A stretch of 36,610 nt of DNA from a virus (taxonomy: Duplodnaviria > Caudoviricetes): IMG/VR virus record IMGVR_UViG_3300037801_000074, positions 1-36,610 of that record; one strand, written 5' to 3'. A program made the position numbers and the translations under genes. Below, in pieces: positions 15,845 to 25,914 of this stretch (within the stretch, counting starts at the first letter, position 1; every line of letters starts with the position of its first letter). The notes beneath the pieces are model-generated. The model saw only the letters and a program-made list of their open reading frames with translations. It was not told the DNA's origin and searched no databases.

Positions 15845-18800
15845 ATGTCAGTTGAAGATACAGTACAGCAAGAATTAATCGCTGAAGAAAAAGCTGAAGT
15901 ATTTTTATCAATAGGTGAATATCTTAATCAAGCAATTATTGATTTAGTTTACGATGATGACATATATGACGCTGAACTAGCAAATGGTGACGCTAGTAAT
16001 TGGACATACAATAAATTACGTACAATAGAAGGTTTAATTGCATCTGCTGAAAAAGCAGGTAATGATTTACTTAAATTAGCAAGACCTACATTTCAAGATG
16101 TAGTTAATGTTGCTTACAATCACAGCGCAGAAGTAGCTACAGCAGAGTTAATAGCAGGTGGACAAACAGTTAATTTAGGCGCAGGGTGGGAAGGTATAAG
16201 CGAATATGCAGTTGATGCTTTAGTTGATGGTTTAGTTAACAGATGGGAAAAAAGAGTTGATAAGTTAGCAATAACATCATCAGTGCAAAACGAAGCAACA
16301 GATTATATAGAGCGTATAGCTAGTCAAGTTGTAGGTGGTCGTGCATTAAACGATGCACAAGCAGAAGCAGTCAGTGAATTAATAGATAAAGGCATACCTA
16401 TTTTTAAAGATAGTAAGGGTAGGAAATGGGCTATTGAAAATTATGCACCTATGTATGTTAGAACTGCATCGCAACAAGCAAGAGTACAAGGCGCACTAGA
16501 TACTTATGAAGCAAGTGGTAATCATTTAGTTTATATATCTGATAGCCCTGCTGAGTGTAAATATTGTAGAAAATATGAAGGGAAAATTTTTAGAACAACA
16601 GATAATATTGCTGATTTACCAAAGTCAAGACAAGAAGACCCACCATTACACTTAAACACTGCAAAGAACGCAAAACCTGTAGGTCTGTTTCACCCTAACT
16701 GTACGCATCAGGCGTTGTTGTACATAGAAGGACTTACAGATTTAGATAAGCAACCTGACCCTAAAGATGCAGAGCGTGAAAAAAATAGAAGCAATTTAAA
16801 ACGTGTACAAAAAAACAAACGTAGAGCTAGAGCAAAAATGAAGGAATATAAACGTAAAGGTCAAACAGCATATTACAAGAACGCTAAAGCAAATTGGAAT
16901 AAATGGTTGTCACAAGAAAAACAGCTTATGTCTTACTTTGAACGTCAAGGTCTAGGGTGGATAGGTGGCAACGACAGGTCATTACTATTAGCAGAAATGT
17001 TAGGCGTTGACCCTAAAGAGATAGCTAAGTTACAAAACAATCCACTAGCATTAGCAAAACTTGCACCAAAGACTGCGTTCCCTACAAAGCTAGTTACACC
17101 TAAAGCTAGAGATGCAATAGCAGATATAATAAGACCACCTGATATAAGCAACTTACGACTAGACGATGTAGAGCAACTATCACGTCAAGGACAGCTTGCA
17201 TTTAAAAGCAGTGGTTTAAAAAACATAGGTGATTTTGTTATAACAGACTTTACCTACTTAAACGAGAGCATACAAAAACAAATTAACTTCCAATACTATA
17301 AATATTTTGAGAGTGATTATGGCGTATTTAAGTATGCAGAAAACTTAAACCTTATGCACGCACCACCTAAACTACCAAGTTCGATAAACAGTAAAGTCAA
17401 GTTTGACGCATTTGTTAATGAAGGTGGCGTTGTATCTAACAAATATGCGTATTGGCAGTGGCATGAAGGTGACCTTGCACCAACTAAATATTGGCAAGAC
17501 GACAGAAAAACTAACTTATGGGATAAGATAGTTGAGAGAAAACTAGCAGAAGAAGTATCAGCAGGCGCAAAAACAAACAGAAAACAATATGTCAGTGGTG
17601 GTCTGCCGTCGTCAGGCAAGAGTAGAACTATATCAGGTAAAGACCCAAACAAAGCTGTTAAAACTATTGACCTAGCAGAATATGTGACATTAAACAGTGA
17701 CGACATGAAAACTATGTTGTTAATTGAAGAATATGGCACAACAGCAGATATAGCAATACATGATGAAATAAGTGATTTGTTTATTAACAGCGATACAAAT
17801 GGTGTAAACACAATAATTAAGTTAGATAGTGCAGGCAATATCATAGAAGGTCAAAGTGAAGTATGGGCTAAATTAAAGAAATCACACCCTGATGTTTTTG
17901 ATACATTATTTGCTGAGTATAAAAATGGACAAAAAATTGGTTATAAAGAAACAACAAGATTTAACGAGAAGTTTTTAACAGAGATAAAAGAGAGTATTGC
18001 AGAACGAGTAGTTGTAGTTCGTACAACAGATGTTGTATCAGAGATAATAGGTTTTGAAGGTGCAAACATTGTACATAGTGAGAGTTCAGCTTTACTTGCT
18101 TATGCACAAGATAGAGCAGGTGAACGTGGACTTAATATAGTACATGACGTAACGTTAGGGTCAGATAAACCACTTGATAAAATAGATGAGTTAATTAAAA
18201 CACATGGTTACATGGCAACAGAAGGTACATATATTGTGTATCAGGCAGAACAGGCTAAAAAAGGTGTTGTACAAAGATACGCAGAAGGCAACTTCCAAAA
18301 CCTGACATCTAAAGTAGCACGTGGACGTGGTGGTCGATACGTTTCAACAGGCGTTATTGACGAAGCTATGAAATTAATAGAAACTGATGCAGTAAACGAA
18401 ACATTAGAAATATTAGGACGACCTGCAATAAATGATAATGAGATTTATATGGCTAGGTTACTTAAATCAGGCAACGTTGACTTCAGAGATAATGGGTTTC
18501 AGATAATAGATAGAACATTAATTGACGAGAATACAGGTTATCCTGTGTCACGTAAAATCTTATTGCAACGTGGTAAAGATGGTATTCAAGGCATAAAAAA
18601 AGTAAACCCATCAACTAAAAATAAAGGACTTGATTTATTAGACATAGTACAAGAAGATACAAGGTCAAGACAAAGACCACGTGTAACAAAAGTCAAAGTT
18701 AAAGCAGAGCTTCCTAAAGCTAAATATGAAAAATCAGCGTTTAAAGGAATTATAGATAAATATAAAACAGACTTTAGGGTTTTAAAAAACAAAGATGGTT

Positions 18801-21800
18801 ATCTAACAAAGATACAAATGTACTTTGATAATTTAAGTGGGTCTAAATCTTACGTCACAACTGTAAGCACTAACTTTAATGTTGAAAACGCATTTGGTGA
18901 TAAATTTGACGTAAATGTAAGTACAGGACAAGTTAAGGGTGGTCATAGTAGAAGAAGATTTTATAGGGATTTGTCAGAAACAATTGACGATTTTAGATTA
19001 AATGAATTTGTAGATGATGCAAATTTACCTATTGGTTTGTCAAAGACACGTACAGCTAAAGATTATATTGTTAAAAGTATTGATGAAGCACAGTTAATTA
19101 TTAATAGTGAAACTGATAACTTGTTACGAAATCATCACTTGTATATTGTGCCTACTGTAGAAGATGCACATTTTTTATTTAATTCAGGAATAGCACCTAG
19201 TTTAATTTATGTTGGTGACAGTAAAGTGTTTGAAAAACACATTGACATAGTTACCAACTCTACACATAAAAGACTTAGAAATTCAGGTTATCCAAATTTT
19301 AGAAACATATTTCATGGTGATGATTTACCAATTAGATATAGCCCAAACTTCACAGATGGTTTTACTGTATCAAACCTTGAAAACATACCTGCAAAAATTG
19401 GTGAAGCAGACTTAGTTCATTACATAGCTAATACAGGAAAAACTGATGATTTTGATGCAATATCACATGAAAATTTATTTAAACCTGAATTGTCAGAAGA
19501 ATTTAAAAATACTGTTTATAGACAATTAGAAGTTATGCAGAAACAATTAGCTGATAATGGTATAGAACATGGCGCTATAAAAGTTATCTATAGTATTGAT
19601 GCTGTTGCATTTTACAAAAGCGCTTTAGATATACCTAAAGATGTAAGTTTTATAGATGAGTTGCTAGCAGGCAATATCGACCCATACGAAATGTATCTAG
19701 CAGGTGAACAATATAAAAATGGACAGTTAACTGTAACTAGATTTACAAATGAGAGTTCAGGTATGAATAGAGCTGTAGTCAAATTAAAACAACTATTAGG
19801 TATGAACTATCAAACTACGCATAACTTATATTCAGCTACACAACAAATTAAAGAAGCACAATTAGGAAGCGTATTAGTATCACAAACAAGTACAGTTGCA
19901 AAAGACGATGTAAAAGACATTTTTGAATTGACTAGACAGTCTTTAACAAATGAGAGATACATTGACGCAGAAACAGGACAATCATTTTTATACAGTGTTG
20001 TTGGTAAACACATAAACACAATTGATGCTGATGGTGATATGAATACTATATCAACTTTTAAAGTTGCACAAAAGGTTACAGAAGGTAAACAAGGAAGACA
20101 CGTAACAGACTTCTTAAACCTTAAAACAAAAAGAGTAGTAATGACTGTTGATGAATTTATAGAACAACAAAACCATATAAAAATTGATACTGATGGCGAT
20201 GTAGTTACTAAAAAAGCTAAGGTCAAGGGAAATACTAAAAAACAGTTTTTTAGCACAAGTGATAACCCAAGAGAGAGCAAAAGATTAATTGGTGCAGTGG
20301 GTAATACTAAAAATAACAATCAGTGGTTAAACAACGTTGACCAAGATACAATTAATGAACTTCAAATTGATAAACCAAAGTATGAAACACAACTTATTAA
20401 TAACACAACAGACGACTTTGTTTTAATAGAAAAACTAAAACAATTAAATGGTGATGATTTAATAGAAGTTGTGTTAGTTGATGAAAAAGACTTTGTTAAA
20501 AATTTTAGAGATGCTACAGACAATCCATACGCAGATGACATTACAGATTTTCTTGAAGGTCAAGTAAAAGATACGACACAACAACAACACAGTTCTATAT
20601 CAAATATTGGGTGGGCAGATGACCTAGACAAATACATTTATGGACAAGGTAATAGAGAAGGCAGAAGGGTAACTACATTACGTGGCGACAACCTAAGACT
20701 TAACACAAACATACCAAATGTAAGTGAAACAGATTTTGATGGATTACATAAAGTAGAAGTATCATCTGAAAAAGCATTAGATACATTAGCGTTACAACAA
20801 AAAGTAGAAGGTCACGATGATTTTTTACTACAAAACAGCGCTAAAACAACATCATTAGATAGTAATGAAACAATAAACAAAAAAGTATATAAGTTTGTAA
20901 AGCATGAAGGCGTTGAATTTGGTACGACACAAGCAACATCAACTAAATCAAATGTAAAAGGTAAAAAAGCGTTTTTAAATATAATTGAAGTTCCTAAAGA
21001 GCCAAACGTTAAAACAATTTATCACACTGTAGAAATAGATATAGATGATTTAAAACAAGATATAAGAGATGGCATGTTTAGCGTTACTAAAAACGATTTA
21101 CATTATTATCAAGATGGTGGTGATGTCACAGATGTTTTATTTGATAGAGATATTGAAGAATTTAAGTCGGTTAAGGCAATACGTAAGGTTATACCACAAG
21201 ATGTTTTGGACACAACAGAATTAGGCGAGTTATTGTTTTCTGTTAATGAAGAAGCCTATTATGGCGACACAGCAATACAGCGTCTTAAAAAAGGTTTAGA
21301 ACTAGAGAGTATGTTGCAATTTAGCGAAGACATGACTTTACGAGATATGGTAGAAATACGTTTAAATCGTAATACTGATTACACACAACATGTTATTAAA
21401 GCAAAACAAGATGGAAGTGGTGTCAATTTTATTGGTAAAAATTATAATCGTGGTGTTGTAAAGACCCAAGACCCATTAGTTCAACAATTAATAGAAGAAG
21501 CAACTTTAGATTATAGCCCTGCTGACATGGGAACAAGACAAGTCGATGCAAACAGAATATTTAAAGACAGGTTAATAAGCAAAGCTGTTGATAAAGGTTT
21601 AGTAAGTAATGAACTTAAACAAGCAGTTGATATAGTAGATACAGTTTTTGCAAAAGTAGGTGGTGTAAACAATCTAAATCTAACACAAGCAGAATTTGTA
21701 GATTTACTAGAACAGATAGAAGACATTAAAGATGAAACTTTAGCAGATAAAATAAAAATTATTGATGGTAAAGAAATATTAGAACTTCAATTATCTGACA

Positions 21801-23947
21801 GCGTAACAGAACAGATAAGTCAACTTATTGACCATAAAGAAATAGCACCTGAATTATTTGATTATGACGAACAAGTTTACAGAATTGTTATAGATACAGG
21901 CGAAGATATAAAACCACCTTTACACCACACAGGTATGATTGAAAATTATATTGAAACAGGTAATACAACAAGAGCAATAGGTTTATATAGAAGTGTTGAT
22001 AGTCAAATTAGCAGAGATATTTTAAGATACAACGTTGATATTGACACTGATACTTTATTAAATGAAATAGATAAAGTAACAAACTCTAGTGGTTTTTCGC
22101 CAAACAAAAATGAATTAGTAGCTAAGTTAACAACAACACAAGATATTGTAAACACATTAACTGATGGTATTAACACAGGTGAGTATTTAAACATTAATGA
22201 AACGTTTTTAAACAATGTTGCTGATTTTGGTTTAGTAGTAGATGCACCTGAAACAGCTTTATACAATACACATAAACTTGCTAAATTTGGTCACAGAAAT
22301 CTATTTAACAGTTCATCAATACCTATGGATATAGTCATTAAAGATTTAGAAACTTTTGCAGATTTAGGTTTAGTGTCGCAAGAAGAAATACTTGAATTAA
22401 AAAATTATATAGAATATACAACAAGTACCACAGGCGTTTCAATGAGTAACAAATATTTTAACGATGGTAGGCATGGTGTTAATTTAGCTTTAAAGCATGT
22501 AGCAGATGTTACAGACGATGTTATGATACAAGGATTTTTAATTGATGAACAATTAAAAGCCCAAGCACCTGACTTACCATTAAGCAAACACACACTTGTA
22601 CAACCTTTGACTTACGAGATACTTGAAGGCAGTCAACAAAAAAATACAAAATTAGTTGTTGCTTATGGGAACGAAGTAGGGTCAGATTTATTAGATTTAG
22701 ATAATAAAACATATACAGAAAAATTAATTGTATCTGAAAAAGGGGATTTACTTACAGGTATAAATTTAGAAGACCAATTTAATACAGGTAATGCTTATGA
22801 ACGTGGCGAGAGTGTAATAGTTAACGTGTCACCTACACGAGAAGCTGACACTAATTTAGTAATGTTATCGCAAGTAAATCAAGTTGTAGGCGTAGATGCT
22901 TCAGCACCAAGTAGCCAAATGTACAGTGCAGTTGTAAACGCCACGCACCCACAAGGGTCAGAAATACAGCTAGGGTCTTTAGTTTCTACATCTGCAAATG
23001 CAAGCACAGCTTATTCGTTTTCAAACAGTCAATTAAATAGAAATTTAGTCTTAAGTCACCCTGATGGAACGTTCACAATGCTAGACATGCCTGTAACATC
23101 TACAATTGCAGAATATAATCTAGCAAATACTGCATCAGTTAGGCATATATCAAGATTAGAAGGCGAGTATGAATATATAGTTCCATCTGATGCAAAACTT
23201 GAAGTTCTTGGTAGCACTGCCTATCCAATTAGAGTAAGTGCTAATGACAGAACAATTGATTTATCATTTTCGGAACAGCAATTTGAAAAAACAGTTGATG
23301 CAGTTTTAGATACATCTGATGAAATAATGGAAGAAAAAAAAGTACAGTACATATTGCTAGACAGATTAGACAATTACTCAAATTTAGATAGTGACAATAT
23401 ACCATTTCAAACTTTTAGAGAGATACATACAAGAAAACAAGTAGGTGGTGTTGTCTTAGATAAATCAACATTTAATCCTATAACAACTTATAGAAATATT
23501 AATGTTGTTGATTTAGAAGGTGTAGATAATTTATTTGATAATCAAGTTTTTGATGGTGATTTACCACAATCTTTTAACGAAATCAATATGGGAAGTAAAG
23601 ACAGCGCAATTCAAATAGTAAGAGCTTTGACAAGCGATAAAGTTATTGCAAACATAGAATATGCACAGTCATTAGCAGATGACCCTACAGTATTTGACTT
23701 TGACTTATTAGTAGCAAAACTCAAACAAGCACGTGGAATAGCTGAAAACGCTAAAGGCGCACAAGCGCTAACAATACAAAACTATTTTGCTACACAACTG
23801 ACAGAGTTTTTTTCATATTACAACGATACAGCAGGTGTTGAGTGGTACGAAGCAGACATGCCACAATTTTATAACTTCTTCTTTGACAATAGCTCTAGTA
23901 CATTAGACGATACAATATTAGAATTAATAAAAGAGATAGATGAATAA
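15845..23947 (+). CDS. Giant minor capsid (Phage_min_cap2/MuF-like) protein with zeta-toxin-like and ADP-ribosyltransferase-like domains
   Basis: DSKGRKW..Y..M.VRT..CKYC..EGK..GLFHPNCTH (aa ~190-290); GGLPSSGKS aa 585, DDMK, HSESS, GGRYV; STS aa 2381 and EYE aa 2441. Confidence 0.8.
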   Translation: MSVEDTVQQELIAEEKAEVFLSIGEYLNQAIIDLVYDDDIYDAELANGDASNWTYNKLRTIEGLIASAEKAGNDLLKLARPTFQDVVNVAYNHSAEVATAELIAGGQTVNLGAGWEGISEYAVDALVDGLVNRWEKRVDKLAITSSVQNEATDYIERIASQVVGGRALNDAQAEAVSELIDKGIPIFKDSKGRKWAIENYAPMYVRTASQQARVQGALDTYEASGNHLVYISDSPAECKYCRKYEGKIFRTTDNIADLPKSRQEDPPLHLNTAKNAKPVGLFHPNCTHQALLYIEGLTDLDKQPDPKDAEREKNRSNLKRVQKNKRRARAKMKEYKRKGQTAYYKNAKANWNKWLSQEKQLMSYFERQGLGWIGGNDRSLLLAEMLGVDPKEIAKLQNNPLALAKLAPKTAFPTKLVTPKARDAIADIIRPPDISNLRLDDVEQLSRQGQLAFKSSGLKNIGDFVITDFTYLNESIQKQINFQYYKYFESDYGVFKYAENLNLMHAPPKLPSSINSKVKFDAFVNEGGVVSNKYAYWQWHEGDLAPTKYWQDDRKTNLWDKIVERKLAEEVSAGAKTNRKQYVSGGLPSSGKSRTISGKDPNKAVKTIDLAEYVTLNSDDMKTMLLIEEYGTTADIAIHDEISDLFINSDTNGVNTIIKLDSAGNIIEGQSEVWAKLKKSHPDVFDTLFAEYKNGQKIGYKETTRFNEKFLTEIKESIAERVVVVRTTDVVSEIIGFEGANIVHSESSALLAYAQDRAGERGLNIVHDVTLGSDKPLDKIDELIKTHGYMATEGTYIVYQAEQAKKGVVQRYAEGNFQNLTSKVARGRGGRYVSTGVIDEAMKLIETDAVNETLEILGRPAINDNEIYMARLLKSGNVDFRDNGFQIIDRTLIDENTGYPVSRKILLQRGKDGIQGIKKVNPSTKNKGLDLLDIVQEDTRSRQRPRVTKVKVKAELPKAKYEKSAFKGIIDKYKTDFRVLKNKDGYLTKIQMYFDNLSGSKSYVTTVSTNFNVENAFGDKFDVNVSTGQVKGGHSRRRFYRDLSETIDDFRLNEFVDDANLPIGLSKTRTAKDYIVKSIDEAQLIINSETDNLLRNHHLYIVPTVEDAHFLFNSGIAPSLIYVGDSKVFEKHIDIVTNSTHKRLRNSGYPNFRNIFHGDDLPIRYSPNFTDGFTVSNLENIPAKIGEADLVHYIANTGKTDDFDAISHENLFKPELSEEFKNTVYRQLEVMQKQLADNGIEHGAIKVIYSIDAVAFYKSALDIPKDVSFIDELLAGNIDPYEMYLAGEQYKNGQLTVTRFTNESSGMNRAVVKLKQLLGMNYQTTHNLYSATQQIKEAQLGSVLVSQTSTVAKDDVKDIFELTRQSLTNERYIDAETGQSFLYSVVGKHINTIDADGDMNTISTFKVAQKVTEGKQGRHVTDFLNLKTKRVVMTVDEFIEQQNHIKIDTDGDVVTKKAKVKGNTKKQFFSTSDNPRESKRLIGAVGNTKNNNQWLNNVDQDTINELQIDKPKYETQLINNTTDDFVLIEKLKQLNGDDLIEVVLVDEKDFVKNFRDATDNPYADDITDFLEGQVKDTTQQQHSSISNIGWADDLDKYIYGQGNREGRRVTTLRGDNLRLNTNIPNVSETDFDGLHKVEVSSEKALDTLALQQKVEGHDDFLLQNSAKTTSLDSNETINKKVYKFVKHEGVEFGTTQATSTKSNVKGKKAFLNIIEVPKEPNVKTIYHTVEIDIDDLKQDIRDGMFSVTKNDLHYYQDGGDVTDVLFDRDIEEFKSVKAIRKVIPQDVLDTTELGELLFSVNEEAYYGDTAIQRLKKGLELESMLQFSEDMTLRDMVEIRLNRNTDYTQHVIKAKQDGSGVNFIGKNYNRGVVKTQDPLVQQLIEEATLDYSPADMGTRQVDANRIFKDRLISKAVDKGLVSNELKQAVDIVDTVFAKVGGVNNLNLTQAEFVDLLEQIEDIKDETLADKIKIIDGKEILELQLSDSVTEQISQLIDHKEIAPELFDYDEQVYRIVIDTGEDIKPPLHHTGMIENYIETGNTTRAIGLYRSVDSQISRDILRYNVDIDTDTLLNEIDKVTNSSGFSPNKNELVAKLTTTQDIVNTLTDGINTGEYLNINETFLNNVADFGLVVDAPETALYNTHKLAKFGHRNLFNSSSIPMDIVIKDLETFADLGLVSQEEILELKNYIEYTTSTTGVSMSNKYFNDGRHGVNLALKHVADVTDDVMIQGFLIDEQLKAQAPDLPLSKHTLVQPLTYEILEGSQQKNTKLVVAYGNEVGSDLLDLDNKTYTEKLIVSEKGDLLTGINLEDQFNTGNAYERGESVIVNVSPTREADTNLVMLSQVNQVVGVDASAPSSQMYSAVVNATHPQGSEIQLGSLVSTSANASTAYSFSNSQLNRNLVLSHPDGTFTMLDMPVTSTIAEYNLANTASVRHISRLEGEYEYIVPSDAKLEVLGSTAYPIRVSANDRTIDLSFSEQQFEKTVDAVLDTSDEIMEEKKVQYILLDRLDNYSNLDSDNIPFQTFREIHTRKQVGGVVLDKSTFNPITTYRNINVVDLEGVDNLFDNQVFDGDLPQSFNEINMGSKDSAIQIVRALTSDKVIANIEYAQSLADDPTVFDFDLLVAKLKQARGIAENAKGAQALTIQNYFATQLTEFFSYYNDTAGVEWYEADMPQFYNFFFDNSSSTLDDTILELIKEIDE

Positions 23948-24095
23948 AGAGTACAATATAAATTTAGATGAATTAGAATTAGAAGTAGTTAAACAACCTA
24001 TTCTGTTTAGCGAAACTAGACACACCAAAAATTCACGTCAATTTGAACGTGAACTTCGTAAAACAAATATATTCTTTAAAAAGTTAGGAAGATAA
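23940..24095 (+). CDS. 51-aa ORF, candidate immunity protein
   Basis: Manual translation MNKEYNINLDELEL...; overlaps the stop of the giant gene. Confidence 0.5.
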   Translation: MNKEYNINLDELELEVVKQPILFSETRHTKNSRQFERELRKTNIFFKKLGR

Positions 24096-24096
24096 T

Positions 24097-24333
24097 ATGG
24101 CAACTACAGAAAACGACAGATTTGCAATAGCAATAGGTCAATACAAACGTGGACAAATTACTAAGGAACAATTATTTAAAATTGCAGAAACAGTTACACG
24201 TGACCAAACACCACAAACAGAAGTTATGGGTAGTAAAGACGACAGCGTAGGTGGGTCAAGAACAGCAGAGTATTTAGGTATTATATTTGATAACGATTTT
24301 GCAATTGAACTTTATAATAAAATGAAACCATGA
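24097..24333 (+). CDS. 78-aa ORF, candidate antitoxin/immunity protein
   Basis: Position after the toxin-bearing gene; SD AGGA. Confidence 0.55.
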   Translation: MATTENDRFAIAIGQYKRGQITKEQLFKIAETVTRDQTPQTEVMGSKDDSVGGSRTAEYLGIIFDNDFAIELYNKMKP

Positions 24334-24587
24334 TACAAGCAGGCGACAGTCGCAACGACTTAAAAGTAAAAGAAGTAAAAGATACAATTGAACACGAAGG
24401 TATTACTTATTATGCGTGCAGTATTTATAAAATGTCAGCAGTATCAGGTAGTAGGGCAGAGTGGGCATTATTAAAAAGAAATAGTCACGATGAGATTATA
24501 GAGTGTGGTAATATTAGAAAACACAACAGGGAACATTATTTATCATTAATACAAAGGCATATTTCTAAATATGGCACTCATACCTAA
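24330..24587 (+). CDS. Hypothetical protein
   Basis: 85 aa; ATGA coupling. Confidence 0.55.
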   Translation: MIQAGDSRNDLKVKEVKDTIEHEGITYYACSIYKMSAVSGSRAEWALLKRNSHDEIIECGNIRKHNREHYLSLIQRHISKYGTHT

Positions 24588-24702
24588 ATGCGAGAAGTGC
24601 AAAGCTAAACTTGTAAAAGTCAAATCTAACATGTACTATTGTCAGGCTTCACCGACTATGTGCAGTTTATCACTAAAAACCTTCTATTTAGAAGAAGAAT
24701 AG
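24571..24702 (+). CDS. 43-aa Zn-ribbon peptide
   Basis: MALIPKCEKC...YYC...C. Confidence 0.5.
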   Translation: MALIPKCEKCKAKLVKVKSNMYYCQASPTMCSLSLKTFYLEEE

Positions 24703-24724
24703 ACATAACACAAAAAATCGTAAT

Positions 24725-24761
24725 TTGCAAATTATAGCAAAGTGTGCTACACTACTTACGT
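24725..24761 (+). promoter_or_regulatory. Early-type promoter inside the head module
   Basis: TTGCAA-N17-TACACT with ATAGCA-N5-TGCTAC. Confidence 0.7.
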
Positions 24762-24786
24762 ATGGTTAATGAAGGGATTATAAAAA

Positions 24787-24966
24787 ATGTTTGATGCTGA
24801 ATTTTACAAAGCCATTAGTGGTGTTGAAGATACAGAACTAACAGGTAACGAGATATTAGATTGTGGGAACTGTTTTACAAGAATACCAAAACATATTTTA
24901 GAAGACGCAGGTGACGTTGTGTTCTTAAATGAGTACACATGTGAAAAATGTCACGAGCCATTATAG
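24787..24966 (+). CDS. 59-aa Zn-ribbon protein
   Basis: CGNC...CEKC; SD AAGGGA. Confidence 0.6.
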   Translation: MFDAEFYKAISGVEDTELTGNEILDCGNCFTRIPKHILEDAGDVVFLNEYTCEKCHEPL

Positions 24967-24977
24967 GAAGGGGAACT

Positions 24978-25244
24978 ATGGCAGAGCAACCAACAGAACA
25001 AGAACTTCAGAAGTTCAAGTTCAGTGAAACTTTTGTTGTTGACTTTACAGTCGAAGCAAAAGATTATTCAAAAGCCAAGAGCATCTACGACAAGATGTTC
25101 GACAAAAACATTGTGTTAGGTTATGACACGTGGAAGGAACTAGAAACCAAAGACTTTAAAGGTGGCAAGTTCCATGTACAGACCAAAGACAAAGGTCAAA
25201 GAGAAGTAACTATTATTAATGACATTTGGGGGGAAGAAGAATAA
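24978..25244 (+). CDS. Hypothetical protein
   Basis: Start 24978 after AAGGGGA. Confidence 0.6.
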   Translation: MAEQPTEQELQKFKFSETFVVDFTVEAKDYSKAKSIYDKMFDKNIVLGYDTWKELETKDFKGGKFHVQTKDKGQREVTIINDIWGEEE

Positions 25245-25444
25245 TGGCAAAAATAGATGAGTTACATAAACAAGCAGAAGATGGCACACTACATTGTGAC
25301 GAGTGCGACTTTGACGTGTGTGATACTTTTGTAAAATGTAGTACAGAAGATTTGGATTGTGAGTTGTGCGCAGTGTTTCAACCACAAGACTTTTATGAAT
25401 ATGATATGTGTTTCTCATGCGCATCAGAACAAGACAAACTATAA
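25244..25444 (+). CDS. Acidic Cys-rich protein
   Basis: CDEC..C..C..CELC..CFSC; TAATG coupling. Confidence 0.6.
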   Translation: MAKIDELHKQAEDGTLHCDECDFDVCDTFVKCSTEDLDCELCAVFQPQDFYEYDMCFSCASEQDKL

Positions 25445-25455
25445 AGGGGGAATAA

Positions 25456-25914
25456 ATGGCTAGAAGAAGCAAAGATTTTCATGGCAAGAAGGTCTATAAA
25501 GTAAAACGTATTATCCACGAAACAGTCACAGTAGAAGCTAACAACGAAGAAGATGCTTTAGAGTTAGTTAACAAAGGCAAGATGGTACTTAGTGAGAGTT
25601 ATTACACACCACGTGGTAGATACAGTTCCAAAGTTAAAGCAAAGAGATTACTTGAAACTAAAAAAAATATAAAACCTGCAAGGATTTTGTCTTCAGCTTT
25701 AAGTAAGAGAGAGCAAAGTAAAAGAATAGAGAGAGCCAAGAACAGAGTTATGTCACAGATACCTTGCGACTATTGTAAAAAAACAAGGTCTGAACACATG
25801 TATGAACAGTGGGCGCAGTGGTGGTATTGCCATGACTTAGTCGAGTATAGACCAACACACACTTACGCAGAGTGGCAAGCAAAGCATGGTAAGGAAGTAT
25901 TAACACATGGTTGA
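25456..25914 (+). CDS. Basic hypothetical protein with C-terminal Cys/His cluster
   Basis: 152 aa; SD AAGGGGGA. Confidence 0.6.
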   Translation: MARRSKDFHGKKVYKVKRIIHETVTVEANNEEDALELVNKGKMVLSESYYTPRGRYSSKVKAKRLLETKKNIKPARILSSALSKREQSKRIERAKNRVMSQIPCDYCKKTRSEHMYEQWAQWWYCHDLVEYRPTHTYAEWQAKHGKEVLTHG

